Positions 39,830 to 48,347 of a DNA stretch of 64,000 nt are shown one piece after another (position 1 is the first letter of the stretch; every line of letters starts with the position of its first letter). A program made the translations under genes and the position numbers. Origin of the DNA: Candidatus Binatia bacterium (GTDB taxonomy: Bacteria; Desulfobacterota; Binatia; Bin18). The DNA is taken from positions 3,776,001-3,840,000 of the forward strand of contig OY761159.2 in the NCBI GenBank assembly GCA_963664395.2, given 5' to 3'. Under the pieces are notes generated by a model. The model was not told where the DNA came from and did not search any database. It saw only the letters and a program-made list of their open reading frames with translations.

Positions 39830-40783
39830 TCAGTCAGCAAACACCCGCTCCGGCCCTATCGGTACAATACCACTCGGGTTCACCTTCCGAATGGTGTAAT
39901 AGGTCCGTTTGATGTGCTCGAAATTCACCGTCTCGGCCACACCCGGCACGTCATACAGCCGTTTGAGATAGGCAGACAGGTTGGGATAGTCAATCAGGCG
40001 ACGGATATTGCACTTGAAGAGGCCGTAATAGGCGACGTCAAAACGAATCAGGGTCACAAACGCCCGCCAATCAGCCTCGGTGATACACTCGCCAAGGAGA
40101 TATGCCTGTCCCTCCAGCCGTTGCTCTAATTCGTCTAAACATTCGAACACATCGGCCACGGCCGCCTCATACGCCTCTTGGGTCACGGCAAAGCCAGTGC
40201 GGTATACGCCGTTGTTGAGGCCTTCGTAAATCCGTTCATTCAGGGCGTCGATCTCAGGCCGTAAGCCTTCAGGATAAAAATCGACTGCGGCATCTCCATA
40301 GGCGTTAAAAGCCGTATTCAGCATGCGGATGATGTCAGCCGATTCATTATTGACCATCGTGCTGCGCTGCTTATCCCATAGAACCGGAACGGTCGGTCGG
40401 CCGGTAAAATGGGGATCGGCGCGGGTGTAGAGTTCGTGGACGTAGCGGATATTGAACAGCGGGTCGGGAATGGAGCCTGGGTATGGACCAAAGCTATAGC
40501 CCTGGTCGGTGAATTCGGGGATGGCGATCGAAACCGAGATCGCATCCTCTAATTTTTTAAGCGTACGGTAGAGCAAGGCCCGACAGGCCCACGGGCAATT
40601 GTAGGCAATATACAAGTGATAGCGGCCCGACTCGGCCTGAAAGCCGCCGTCTCCAGTCGGGCCAGGGGAGCCGTCTGGGGTGATCCAATGCCGAAACGTA
40701 GATTCCTGCCGGATAAAGCGGCCCTGGGCGTCCGTACGCTTTTTCATCTGCCAGTCGTCTTCCCATTTCCCGTCTACGAGCAT
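39830..40783 (-). CDS. Glutathionyl-hydroquinone reductase (YqjG-like GST)
   Basis: GRYHLY..CPWA, TVPVLWDK, NNESADIIRM, NNGVYRTGFA. Confidence 0.9.
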   Translation of the reverse strand: MLVDGKWEDDWQMKKRTDAQGRFIRQESTFRHWITPDGSPGPTGDGGFQAESGRYHLYIAYNCPWACRALLYRTLKKLEDAISVSIAIPEFTDQGYSFGPYPGSIPDPLFNIRYVHELYTRADPHFTGRPTVPVLWDKQRSTMVNNESADIIRMLNTAFNAYGDAAVDFYPEGLRPEIDALNERIYEGLNNGVYRTGFAVTQEAYEAAVADVFECLDELEQRLEGQAYLLGECITEADWRAFVTLIRFDVAYYGLFKCNIRRLIDYPNLSAYLKRLYDVPGVAETVNFEHIKRTYYTIRKVNPSGIVPIGPERVFAD

Positions 40784-40854
40784 GGAGCCCTCCTTATGGC
40801 GTTCGTTCTGCCGGTCGGATGAGCGTGGCGTCATCCGACACCAAACGGCTAGAG

Positions 40855-41664
40855 CTATGTAGCGCTCTCTCTTGGCACCACCTCGACCGACTCCCCAACA
40901 GCAATGCTTCCTTCAGTCCGATGGATAATGTTCTGCCCAAAATAGACTTTTGTGCCGGCTCGACGATACGTCGCCAGGGTGCGCAGCGGCTCGACGCCAC
41001 GTTTGCCCGTAGCCTGGTCAGTAGTCGTGACTGCACAACGCTCGCACGGTTTTGCGACATCAAAGGTGATGGTGTTGATCTTCAACTGTTGCCAGCCGTC
41101 TTCGGCAAAGCGCTCGCAGCCGGTGACCACCAGATTGGGACGGAAACGGTTCATGGGCAGGGGGGTGTCGAGTCGCGCGTTGAGGTCGTCTAAGGAAGCC
41201 TCAGAAAGCAGCAGCAGGGGATAGCCGTCGGAGAAGCCGGTGAGCGCCGGCGTTTTTGCATAGCGCGGGTCAACCCGGCGCTTGGAAGTATCGGCCATTT
41301 TGACCAACCGGACGGATTCCCCCAGCCAGTCGGACAAGAACTGGGCGGCTGCGTCGCCTTGATCGACCGCCTCACACCAATCACGCCAGACCCGTACACG
41401 GCGCGTTGGCCCGACGACGCCCGTTGTTGGTATCGAGACGGTGTGTCCCTCAGGGGTTGTGAGGCGCAGCGTGTCGGCATCAAGCTGGGGTGTGAGAAGC
41501 GCCAGGCGGGGCTGCTCGCGTTGGGTCACGAACTCGTCGTGCCCATCCACGATCATCCAGCCGCGGTCATGCCGGAGTCCGCGCGCGTCGAGTATGGCCT
41601 GCTCACAGCGGATGCCGGCGCACGATTTCACGGGATAGATATAGAGCGCGGCAACTTCAACCAT
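40855..41664 (-). CDS. MOSC domain protein
   Basis: IYPVKSC, DRGWM, FSDGYP, RFRPNLV, CERC, FGQN. Confidence 0.9.
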   Translation of the reverse strand: MVEVAALYIYPVKSCAGIRCEQAILDARGLRHDRGWMIVDGHDEFVTQREQPRLALLTPQLDADTLRLTTPEGHTVSIPTTGVVGPTRRVRVWRDWCEAVDQGDAAAQFLSDWLGESVRLVKMADTSKRRVDPRYAKTPALTGFSDGYPLLLLSEASLDDLNARLDTPLPMNRFRPNLVVTGCERFAEDGWQQLKINTITFDVAKPCERCAVTTTDQATGKRGVEPLRTLATYRRAGTKVYFGQNIIHRTEGSIAVGESVEVVPRESAT

Positions 41665-41811
41665 GCTGCTTCTTTTAGCGTGTTCGTGCCTGCAATAATA
41701 TCCGGGTAAGGGTTATGGTTGCATAAGTCCGAGTTGACGGGCAGGATGCCGGAACCGTCCTGAAGCTCGTTGACGCAAGTTCGAGGTGGAAATGGCTGCG
41801 AGAGGAGTACC

Positions 41812-42611
41812 ATGAGCGAGAGCTACAACATTGCCGAATACAGAGAAGAGATTGATGCGCTGCACTGAAAGCTAAAACTGGTCGGTTAGGAGATGTTTTT
41901 AGGGCAAGGTGACGATTCGCCGGGGAGATAGCAAGAGCGCTAGGTGTAGACACCTCGGGCTTTGTCTCCAACTACCGCAGGCATATTGCTGCGATTCAAG
42001 AGGGTAAGATACCGACCGCAATCATTACGGCGCTAGAAACGGCGAGGGCGGTGAGAGGATTCCTGAAAAAACACAAGGAGTTGCCGGAAAAAGCCCGGAT
42101 TGAACTTGAGAGGATTGCGGAGGAGTGCGACAGGCAGGCGCAAAACGAGGCCCTTGCGGAAAAGGAAGAAATCGAAAACAAGAAACGGAGCGAAGAACTA
42201 CTAAAACGGCCCGGCATATATGTGTATTCCTACCCTCACTACCGGAACCATCCACATATCCCGGACGAAGATGGCGTGACTGATGAAAGAATGATGATGA
42301 AGGTCGGCATGTCAGGGGTTGGTGCAAAGGAGCGGATATTTGGCCAGACAGCGGCCATGCCCGAAGAGCCAGTAATTTGTATCTGTTCACGGGAGTTGAG
42401 AAGGTAGAGTTTGCGGACAAGGAAGACGTTAGGCTTGGAGAAGTCGAAAAGCAGATTCATGACCATTTGGAGGCCATCGGACATAGGAGAAGGCGTGATG
42501 CTGGCGGGGGGAACGAGTGGTTTCTTACGAACATGGAAACCATAGCATCAACGGCGAGGTCTGCTTGATCTGGACATTACCTACGAATACAATCCCGGCG
42601 ACGACACTTAG
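41812..42611 (+). pseudogene. GIY-YIG/T5orf172-like nuclease with N-terminal HTH-like segment, multiple frameshifts
   Basis: SPGEIARALG; PGIYVYSYPHY..MKVGMS..ERIFGQ; EKQIHDHL..GGNEWF in successive frames. Confidence 0.65.
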
Positions 42612-42639
42612 GTTGCCGATTTCGCCAAGGTTCTACCCA

Positions 42640-42674
42640 CCCTCACCTCAGCCCTCTCCCAGGGGGAGAGGGAG
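42640..42674. repeat. CCCTCACC..CCCTCTCCC..GGGAGAGGG intergenic palindromic repeat
   Basis: CCCTCACCTCAGCCCTCTCCCAGGGGGAGAGGGAG between convergent genes. Confidence 0.7.
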
Positions 42675-42705
42675 CAGAGCGGGGCGGTTCGCGTACCTTC
42701 CTTGT

Positions 42706-44238
42706 TTACGCTTGCGGCGGGCTGGGCGCGGCAAATACGTTTTTCTCGAACGCGTCTGCGGCGCGTAAGACGGTGGCGTCGTCCCCGTGCCGGCCAATCA
42801 GCATCATCCCAACCGGTAAGCCTTCCGAGACCGCGCAAGGGAGGGTAAGCGCGGGGTGGCCGGTCACATCAAACGGGCAGGTGTTGTGCAGCATTTCGAG
42901 CGCCCGATCGACATACTCTTCGCGGCTGGCGTCAGGTCCGGGAATTTCAGTTGCTTTCATTGGCAGGGTGGGCATGACTAGCAAGTCGTGGTCTTGCAGG
43001 GCTGTGTCGTAGGCTGCTTTGAGGGAACGCGCTATATTTTGGGCCTTGGCATAATAACGGCCATGATAGTTTTCCTGCATATAACGCCCGAGCAGGATGA
43101 CCAGTTTGACGGTTTCCGATAGGTCGTTCGGGCGTGTGAGCCGCCCGCGTGCCGCGGCATCAAGCAGGCTGGTTGTATAATGGCCCTTCCAATTCGTCCC
43201 CATGCCACCGCCTTCGACCATCAGCAGGGTCGGGCCTTCGGTGGCAATGCTGTTCCAGACATGCCGGCCATCGCGGTGCCAGGGCAACGACACGGTTTTG
43301 ACTGACGCGCCAAGTTGCTCAAATGCCTGCGCAGCTTCCCTGACACTGTCGTCTACGTCCGGTTCTGATACGTCCCAGCCAAAGCCTTCTTCTATCACGC
43401 CAATCCGCAGCCCGCTGATATCTCCGGTGAGTGCCTGGGTGTAGGCTTGGCCCTGGAGCCCTGCTTGCTGACGCGGGTCCAGGCCGTCCGGGCCGGCCAA
43501 CACCTCAAGCAGCAGGGCCGCATCATGTACGCTACGCGTCATCGGACCGGTATGATCGAGGGTGATTTCAATCGGCATGATGCCGGTATACGGAACCAGT
43601 CCGTAGGTTGGTTTATGGCCGTAGATGCCACACCACGAGGCGGGCATGCGGATCGAGCCCCCTTGGTCTCCGCCGATCGCCATGTCCACCACACCGGCGG
43701 CTACCAGTGCACCGCTGCCGCACGAAGAGCCTCCAGTTGTTCGGCTATGATTGTGTGGGTTGAGCACCGGCCCGGTGGCATTGGTGTGACTGCCGCCGGA
43801 GAAGCACAAATTCTCACACACCGCCTTGCCCATAATATGTCCGCCGGCATCAAGAATACGCGTCACAATGGTTGCATCGATTTCCGGGGTGTAGCCTTCG
43901 AGAATGCTACTGCCGTTCATCATGGGAACACCGGCGACACAGACGTTGTCCTTGATGGCGAGGGTTTTCCCGACCAGCGGTCCTGATGGCGCGCCCTTGA
44001 TGTCCGTCCGCCAGTACCAGGCCCTTAACGGATTGTCTTCAGGCTGCGGCCGATAGCCCGGCGTCCGAGGATAGGAGACCGGTAGGCTCGGCTCTGTGAG
44101 TTCATCCAATCGGGCGTAGGATGCCAGTACTCCACGCATCAGCCCCTGAAACGACTCCAAGTCTTCATCCGTCAGTTCCAAGCCGTAGCCTGTTGCAATA
44201 TCGGCGAGGTTATCAATGGTCGGGCGTTTGACTGCCAT
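42706..44238 (-). CDS. Amidase signature family protein
   Basis: IKDN, GGSSCGSG, GGDQGGSIRMPA. Confidence 0.95.
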   Translation of the reverse strand: MAVKRPTIDNLADIATGYGLELTDEDLESFQGLMRGVLASYARLDELTEPSLPVSYPRTPGYRPQPEDNPLRAWYWRTDIKGAPSGPLVGKTLAIKDNVCVAGVPMMNGSSILEGYTPEIDATIVTRILDAGGHIMGKAVCENLCFSGGSHTNATGPVLNPHNHSRTTGGSSCGSGALVAAGVVDMAIGGDQGGSIRMPASWCGIYGHKPTYGLVPYTGIMPIEITLDHTGPMTRSVHDAALLLEVLAGPDGLDPRQQAGLQGQAYTQALTGDISGLRIGVIEEGFGWDVSEPDVDDSVREAAQAFEQLGASVKTVSLPWHRDGRHVWNSIATEGPTLLMVEGGGMGTNWKGHYTTSLLDAAARGRLTRPNDLSETVKLVILLGRYMQENYHGRYYAKAQNIARSLKAAYDTALQDHDLLVMPTLPMKATEIPGPDASREEYVDRALEMLHNTCPFDVTGHPALTLPCAVSEGLPVGMMLIGRHGDDATVLRAADAFEKNVFAAPSPPQA

Positions 44239-44449
44239 AGTGTTAGCCTCCTTGTCACCGGGTCGGTTGTGCTGTCGTCCTACGTAGCACAGGGACTGTT
44301 GCTTGGAGAAGGGCGGCAGCCGGAAGAAGGGTGGAGGCCGTTGCGTCCGTGACTCGTTGCAGCGGTGTTCTCGTCAGGGCCATGCATGATAGATACATCT
44401 GGATACGGGGGAGGAAACACACGTTCCGAACGACTCCGGGCCTAAGCGC

Positions 44450-44908
44450 ATGGCGACCTTTCTTATTGATATCGGCGACCGAGTGACGCTACGCGAACAA
44501 TCCATTCTGGATTTAGGCGGAGGGTTTCGGGTTGAAGGGCCGGACGCGGGCGAGGTGATTGATATCTCGGTTGGCATGGACGTGGTTGCCATTGAATGGA
44601 AGCGAGCACAGTTCCGTGGCTGGTATGATGTCGAAACGCTGTCTCGCGTGGTCAGCGTTGATACCTTCAAAGGAGCATCGCCGTGCCTCTCTCAGGCTGA
44701 GATGCTACGCTTTGCCTCAATTCAGGATTTACTTATACGGCTTGGATTTGAGGAAGATCAAGAGCATGCCTGCTTACGGCATCCGCGGCATAGCCACGTG
44801 GTTGGATTTGGCGCCATTATGGGTCAATCAATGCTCACCTTTGTCTCCAAAGGGCTCCGGGACGGCTGGCTGCGTACCTACCTGCAAGAATCCCCTCCAC
44901 CCTCTTAA
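44450..44908 (+). CDS. Hypothetical protein
   Basis: 152-aa ORF with no recognised motif. Confidence 0.45.
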   Translation: MATFLIDIGDRVTLREQSILDLGGGFRVEGPDAGEVIDISVGMDVVAIEWKRAQFRGWYDVETLSRVVSVDTFKGASPCLSQAEMLRFASIQDLLIRLGFEEDQEHACLRHPRHSHVVGFGAIMGQSMLTFVSKGLRDGWLRTYLQESPPPS

Positions 44909-45021
44909 TGACGCTTCTCTTCGCGTGCGTCCGCCCAATCCGAAAGAGATGGTTCACTCCTTACAGGGAAAGGCTTGAGGGTCTATCCATTCTTCCATTG
45001 CCTGCTCGCCCCGTGTTTCTG

Positions 45022-45162
45022 CTACGTCTTACCTTTCGCCACGGGCTGCAGGGAATGGCTGTGGCGGTCTTGCTTCGACCTCACCTCGGCCGCGCTTCTC
45101 GCCTTGGCGGTATTCTTCTGCTTCTGGCCACGTTGTTTTGACTTCGGTGACTTGTCGCCCAT
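45022..45162 (-). CDS. Small basic protein (46 aa, absent from ORF track)
   Basis: MGDKSPKSKQRGQKQKNTAKARSAAEVRSKQDRHSHSLQPVAKGKT*; GGGGG RBS; directly after hflC. Confidence 0.6.
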   Translation of the reverse strand: MGDKSPKSKQRGQKQKNTAKARSAAEVRSKQDRHSHSLQPVAKGKT

Positions 45163-45210
45163 TAATGCCCCCGTTCGATTTCCTGTGTTGCGATTTCTTG
45201 TGTTGATTAT

Positions 45211-46080
45211 CTATTGGCTACTCCCTCGTGCCGTGCCCGGACTTTGCAAGTATTCCAGCAGCTCTGAGTTGGAATTGAGGACTAAGGTTGTATCGCTACT
45301 CAGGATCTTCTCATACGCCTGGAGCCGACGGGTGAAGGCGTAGAATTCTGCATCTTTGCCAAAAGCGTTAGCATAAATACTGGTCGCCTCAGCATCGCCT
45401 CCCCCTTTGAGTTTTTCACTCGTCTCATACGCCGTGGCAAGGATCACTTCCCGTTCCCGGTCCGCTACCGCTCGCAGCTGTTGAGCTTGCTCTTCCCCCT
45501 CCGCCCGGTATCGCTTGGCAATGCGTTCCCGCTCCGCCCGCATCCTGGCGAACACGCTGGCCTGCACTTCGTCGGGCAGGTCGAGTCGCTTGATGCGAAC
45601 ATCGGTTACCTCAATCCCAAAGGTCTTGGCCGTCTCACGCGTAGCCTTGGTCACGGTTGCCATAATCTCTTCACGATTCTCGCGAATCAGATCGAGGAAA
45701 TCGTGCGTCGCTATTTCTTGCCGAAATCGGGCGGCAATCATGTCATCCAAGCGCGCCACTGCTCGTATTTGATCTCGTACGCTGCGATAGTATTGGAGGG
45801 GGTCTTGAATACGCCAGCGTGAGACATGATCGACGAGGACGCGTTTCTTATCAAGCGTAATGTATTCGGCCGCACGCGCATCGGTTGTGAGCACGCGCTT
45901 CTCAAAGCGCACCAGATTCTGGATACCGGGCAGCTTAAAATAGAGTCCCGGCTCTTGGATGATACGTTTGGGATTGCCAAACTGGACAACCATGCCTTGC
46001 TCCCACTCGCCAATGGTGAAGACGGTCTGCGTAGCAACAACGACAAAGACTAATCCCAATCCAACCAGTAATCGTGTCAT
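45211..46080 (-). CDS. hflC: Protease modulator HflC (SPFH family)
   Basis: PGLYFKLP, TLDKKRVLVD, DVRIKRLDLP, RMRAERERIA, EFYAFTRRLQAY. Confidence 0.9.
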   Translation of the reverse strand: MTRLLVGLGLVFVVVATQTVFTIGEWEQGMVVQFGNPKRIIQEPGLYFKLPGIQNLVRFEKRVLTTDARAAEYITLDKKRVLVDHVSRWRIQDPLQYYRSVRDQIRAVARLDDMIAARFRQEIATHDFLDLIRENREEIMATVTKATRETAKTFGIEVTDVRIKRLDLPDEVQASVFARMRAERERIAKRYRAEGEEQAQQLRAVADREREVILATAYETSEKLKGGGDAEATSIYANAFGKDAEFYAFTRRLQAYEKILSSDTTLVLNSNSELLEYLQSPGTARGSSQ

Positions 46081-46139
46081 CCTCTATCTCCATCTGATGG
46101 GCTGCCCCCTCTAGGGATTACTCCCAATGCTCAGGAAGC

Positions 46140-46370
46140 CGGCGCGTTCTTTCAACAAGAGATTCGTTTCGGACAGGTAAGTGACGGACCTCCGCGTTGG
46201 GGGGGACGACCCCTCCACGCGGTGAGGCGTCATAAACCGGTCAACGATGGAGGACAGCGACTTAGTGCGGTGGATAAAGCGTTAAGCGGAGATCGCCCAA
46301 GGTTGGCTCATTCACCCTCCTCCTGTGTTGGAGTGCTGTCAAGGGGAGAGTCGACGGACGTTGACGGATA
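46140..46370 (-). promoter_or_regulatory. Conserved promoter/leader module, copy C (upstream of hflC)
   Basis: TTGACA(46342-46337)-N17-GAGGGT; CACTAAG..CCTCCATCGTTGACCGGTTTATGACGCCTCACCGCGTGGAGG. Confidence 0.75.
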
Positions 46371-46654
46371 CGGTTTCTATCAGATGCCGGTAGTCTTTCT
46401 TTCTCCTAGCAATGGGAGGAATGGATTTATGACCTTCCGAAAAGTCCGGCAAGGGACAGGGCGTCGAAGGGCCGTCCAGAGGAAGGTCCAATTCTTCGGG
46501 TGGAGTAGGGAGGAGACAGCAGGCGGGTTTGACCCTGCCTCACAAAGTGAGACAGGGGGACTCTTATTTAATCATCGTCCTCGTCGCCATCCATCTCTTC
46601 AAAAGCGACAAGTATACTCTTACGGAAGCGGTTGGACAGCTCCGCTTACCTGCA

Positions 46655-46957
46655 CTACCAACGCCGCTCGCGACCGCCACCGGATGAGCGATTCCCTCCT
46701 GAGCGTGGCTCGCGAGGTTTTGCCTCGTTGACCTTCAAGGCTCGGCCTTGGAGCTCATAGCCATCGAACTGCTCGATGGCCGCTTGGGCTTCGCTTGCGC
46801 TCCCCATCTCGATAAACCCAAACCCACGCGAGCGACCAGTGTCTCTATCCATAATGATATTGGCGGACGTGACGGTCCCGGCCTGACCGAACAATGTCTC
46901 GAGGTCAGGAGTCGTCGTCTCAAAGGAGAGATTACCGATATACAAATTCGTTGCCAT
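46655..46957 (-). CDS. RRM-domain RNA-binding protein with Gly-rich tail
   Basis: RNP2 LYIGNL, RNP1 RGFGFIEM, LKVNEAKPR. Confidence 0.95.
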   Translation of the reverse strand: MATNLYIGNLSFETTTPDLETLFGQAGTVTSANIIMDRDTGRSRGFGFIEMGSASEAQAAIEQFDGYELQGRALKVNEAKPREPRSGGNRSSGGGRERRW

Positions 46958-47284
46958 ACAAACCTCCATGCGAATATGAAAAGGCCCCAAGAACCACGAG
47001 TGCAGTTCCAGGGGCCTTGGCAATCTCGAACTAAACTCAGCGAACAAACAAAGTCAACTATACGTTTGTGATTAGCAGACTCTTAGTCTGGACACAAGCC
47101 ACGCAGGAGACTGGCTCAGCCATGACAATCCGGTCCACGCTGGCGTCCTGATTGGTAGCAGCCCCTCGGGCCGGTCAAAGTGACTCATCTTCGTCCTTGA
47201 GGGATTTACGATAAGGTTGGGGACAATGCTTGCCAGCGTTTCCTTTTCTCCATGCAGCCTCGACGTGACAGTGTGTGTTCTTGC

Positions 47285-47905
47285 TTAGACGACCCAGGCG
47301 AACGAGGTTGCCTCAGCAGGCAGAGGTTGCTCCTCTCGTCTCGTTCCTACAGGAAACGTGGACGAAGTAGGCTGGGCGTATCCACGCGGCAGGCCGGTAC
47401 GGATAAAATCCGGATCAAGATCGAGATACGAGCAGATACTCTCAAAGGCGTATAAGTGGTCCGTATCCCGTGCCCAAATCCACTCTTGGACCTCGCCGAA
47501 CAACCGTTGCCCCCGCCGCGTGTGGGCCTGGCAATATCTGTGGTAGGTATGGATCGCTTCCTTGAGGACTGCCAGTAACAGGCGTCGCTCTCCGGTCCAC
47601 ACCGCCAGCGATTCCCGAGCCGGGAGAGCAAACTGGTCTGGTGTTAAGATGTCCTGCTCCCATGGGGAGCGCTTCAAGCTCCTCGCACTTGGAGAACCCG
47701 TGGAACCTTGGCCAGAGGGTGGACTAGAGACAGACGTGCTGTTTGGGACGAGTTTGATTGTATCGGTAGCCGCGGCAATAGTCGGCTCCTCGTCGATGTC
47801 GTATCCCTGCGGCGGCTTTCCTTCGTTGCCGTCCACGTATGGAGGAATAGTGGAGCCGAGTTCTTTCAGTAATATATCCACTTTGGGCAGAGAGTCTTCT
47901 GACAC
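47285..47905 (-). CDS. Uncharacterised protein (ERRLLLAVL..AFESICSYLDLDP motif)
   Basis: GTG start after AAGGAG; low-complexity N-terminal half, conserved-looking C-terminal domain. Confidence 0.65.
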   Translation of the reverse strand: MSEDSLPKVDILLKELGSTIPPYVDGNEGKPPQGYDIDEEPTIAAATDTIKLVPNSTSVSSPPSGQGSTGSPSARSLKRSPWEQDILTPDQFALPARESLAVWTGERRLLLAVLKEAIHTYHRYCQAHTRRGQRLFGEVQEWIWARDTDHLYAFESICSYLDLDPDFIRTGLPRGYAQPTSSTFPVGTRREEQPLPAEATSFAWVV

Positions 47906-48092
47906 AACCGGAGCTCCTTGTCGAGGAAAGGGACACCTCCACACGGTGAGACGTTATAAACCGGTCAACAATGGAGGATGGCTGCTTAGTGAGAAGGAAG
48001 AAAATAAGCGTAAATCGCCCATAATTGGCCCGCTCACTCTCCTCCTATGCCGGAGTGGTGTCAAGGGTAGGGCTGGCGAAGGCTGACGGATA
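47860..48092 (-). promoter_or_regulatory. Conserved promoter/leader module, copy B
   Basis: TTGACA(48064-48059)-N17-GAGAGT; CACTAAGCAGCCATCCTCCATTGTTGACCGGTTTATAACGTCTCACCGTGTGGAGG. Confidence 0.75.
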
Positions 48093-48148
48093 GGAACCGG
48101 TTAAGAGACCGGGGCTATGCCAGCAGCATAAGGTGAAACCGTAACTTT

Positions 48149-48187
48149 CAGTGGCACCCAACAGTGGCACCCAACAGTGGCACCCAA
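48149..48187. repeat. 13-bp tandem repeat x3
   Basis: CAGTGGCACCCAA x3, perfect. Confidence 0.85.
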
Positions 48188-48347
48188 GGAGGGAAAAACT
48201 ATGCGAGAGGAGGGCTGAACCATTTCAGCAAGGGAAATGTAATTGAGCGGAACACGGCCCGCTCGGTCAATCTTCTTCGCCATGCTGGCCCTGAGTGCAA
48301 GGCTGCCCATTGTCGTGAAAATACGACTCTGTGGTGCAATTCATTCG

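Noticed and set aside
44240-44450. attL (duplicated tRNA-Ala 3' end) marking an integrated element
   Set aside because: No copy of the tRNA 3' end was found by eye and no integrase is in the window.
46233-46244. FNR/CRP box in the conserved TTGACCGGTTTA core
   Set aside because: Does not fit TTGAT-N4-ATCAA spacing and lies well downstream of the predicted TSS; another operator type is not excluded.
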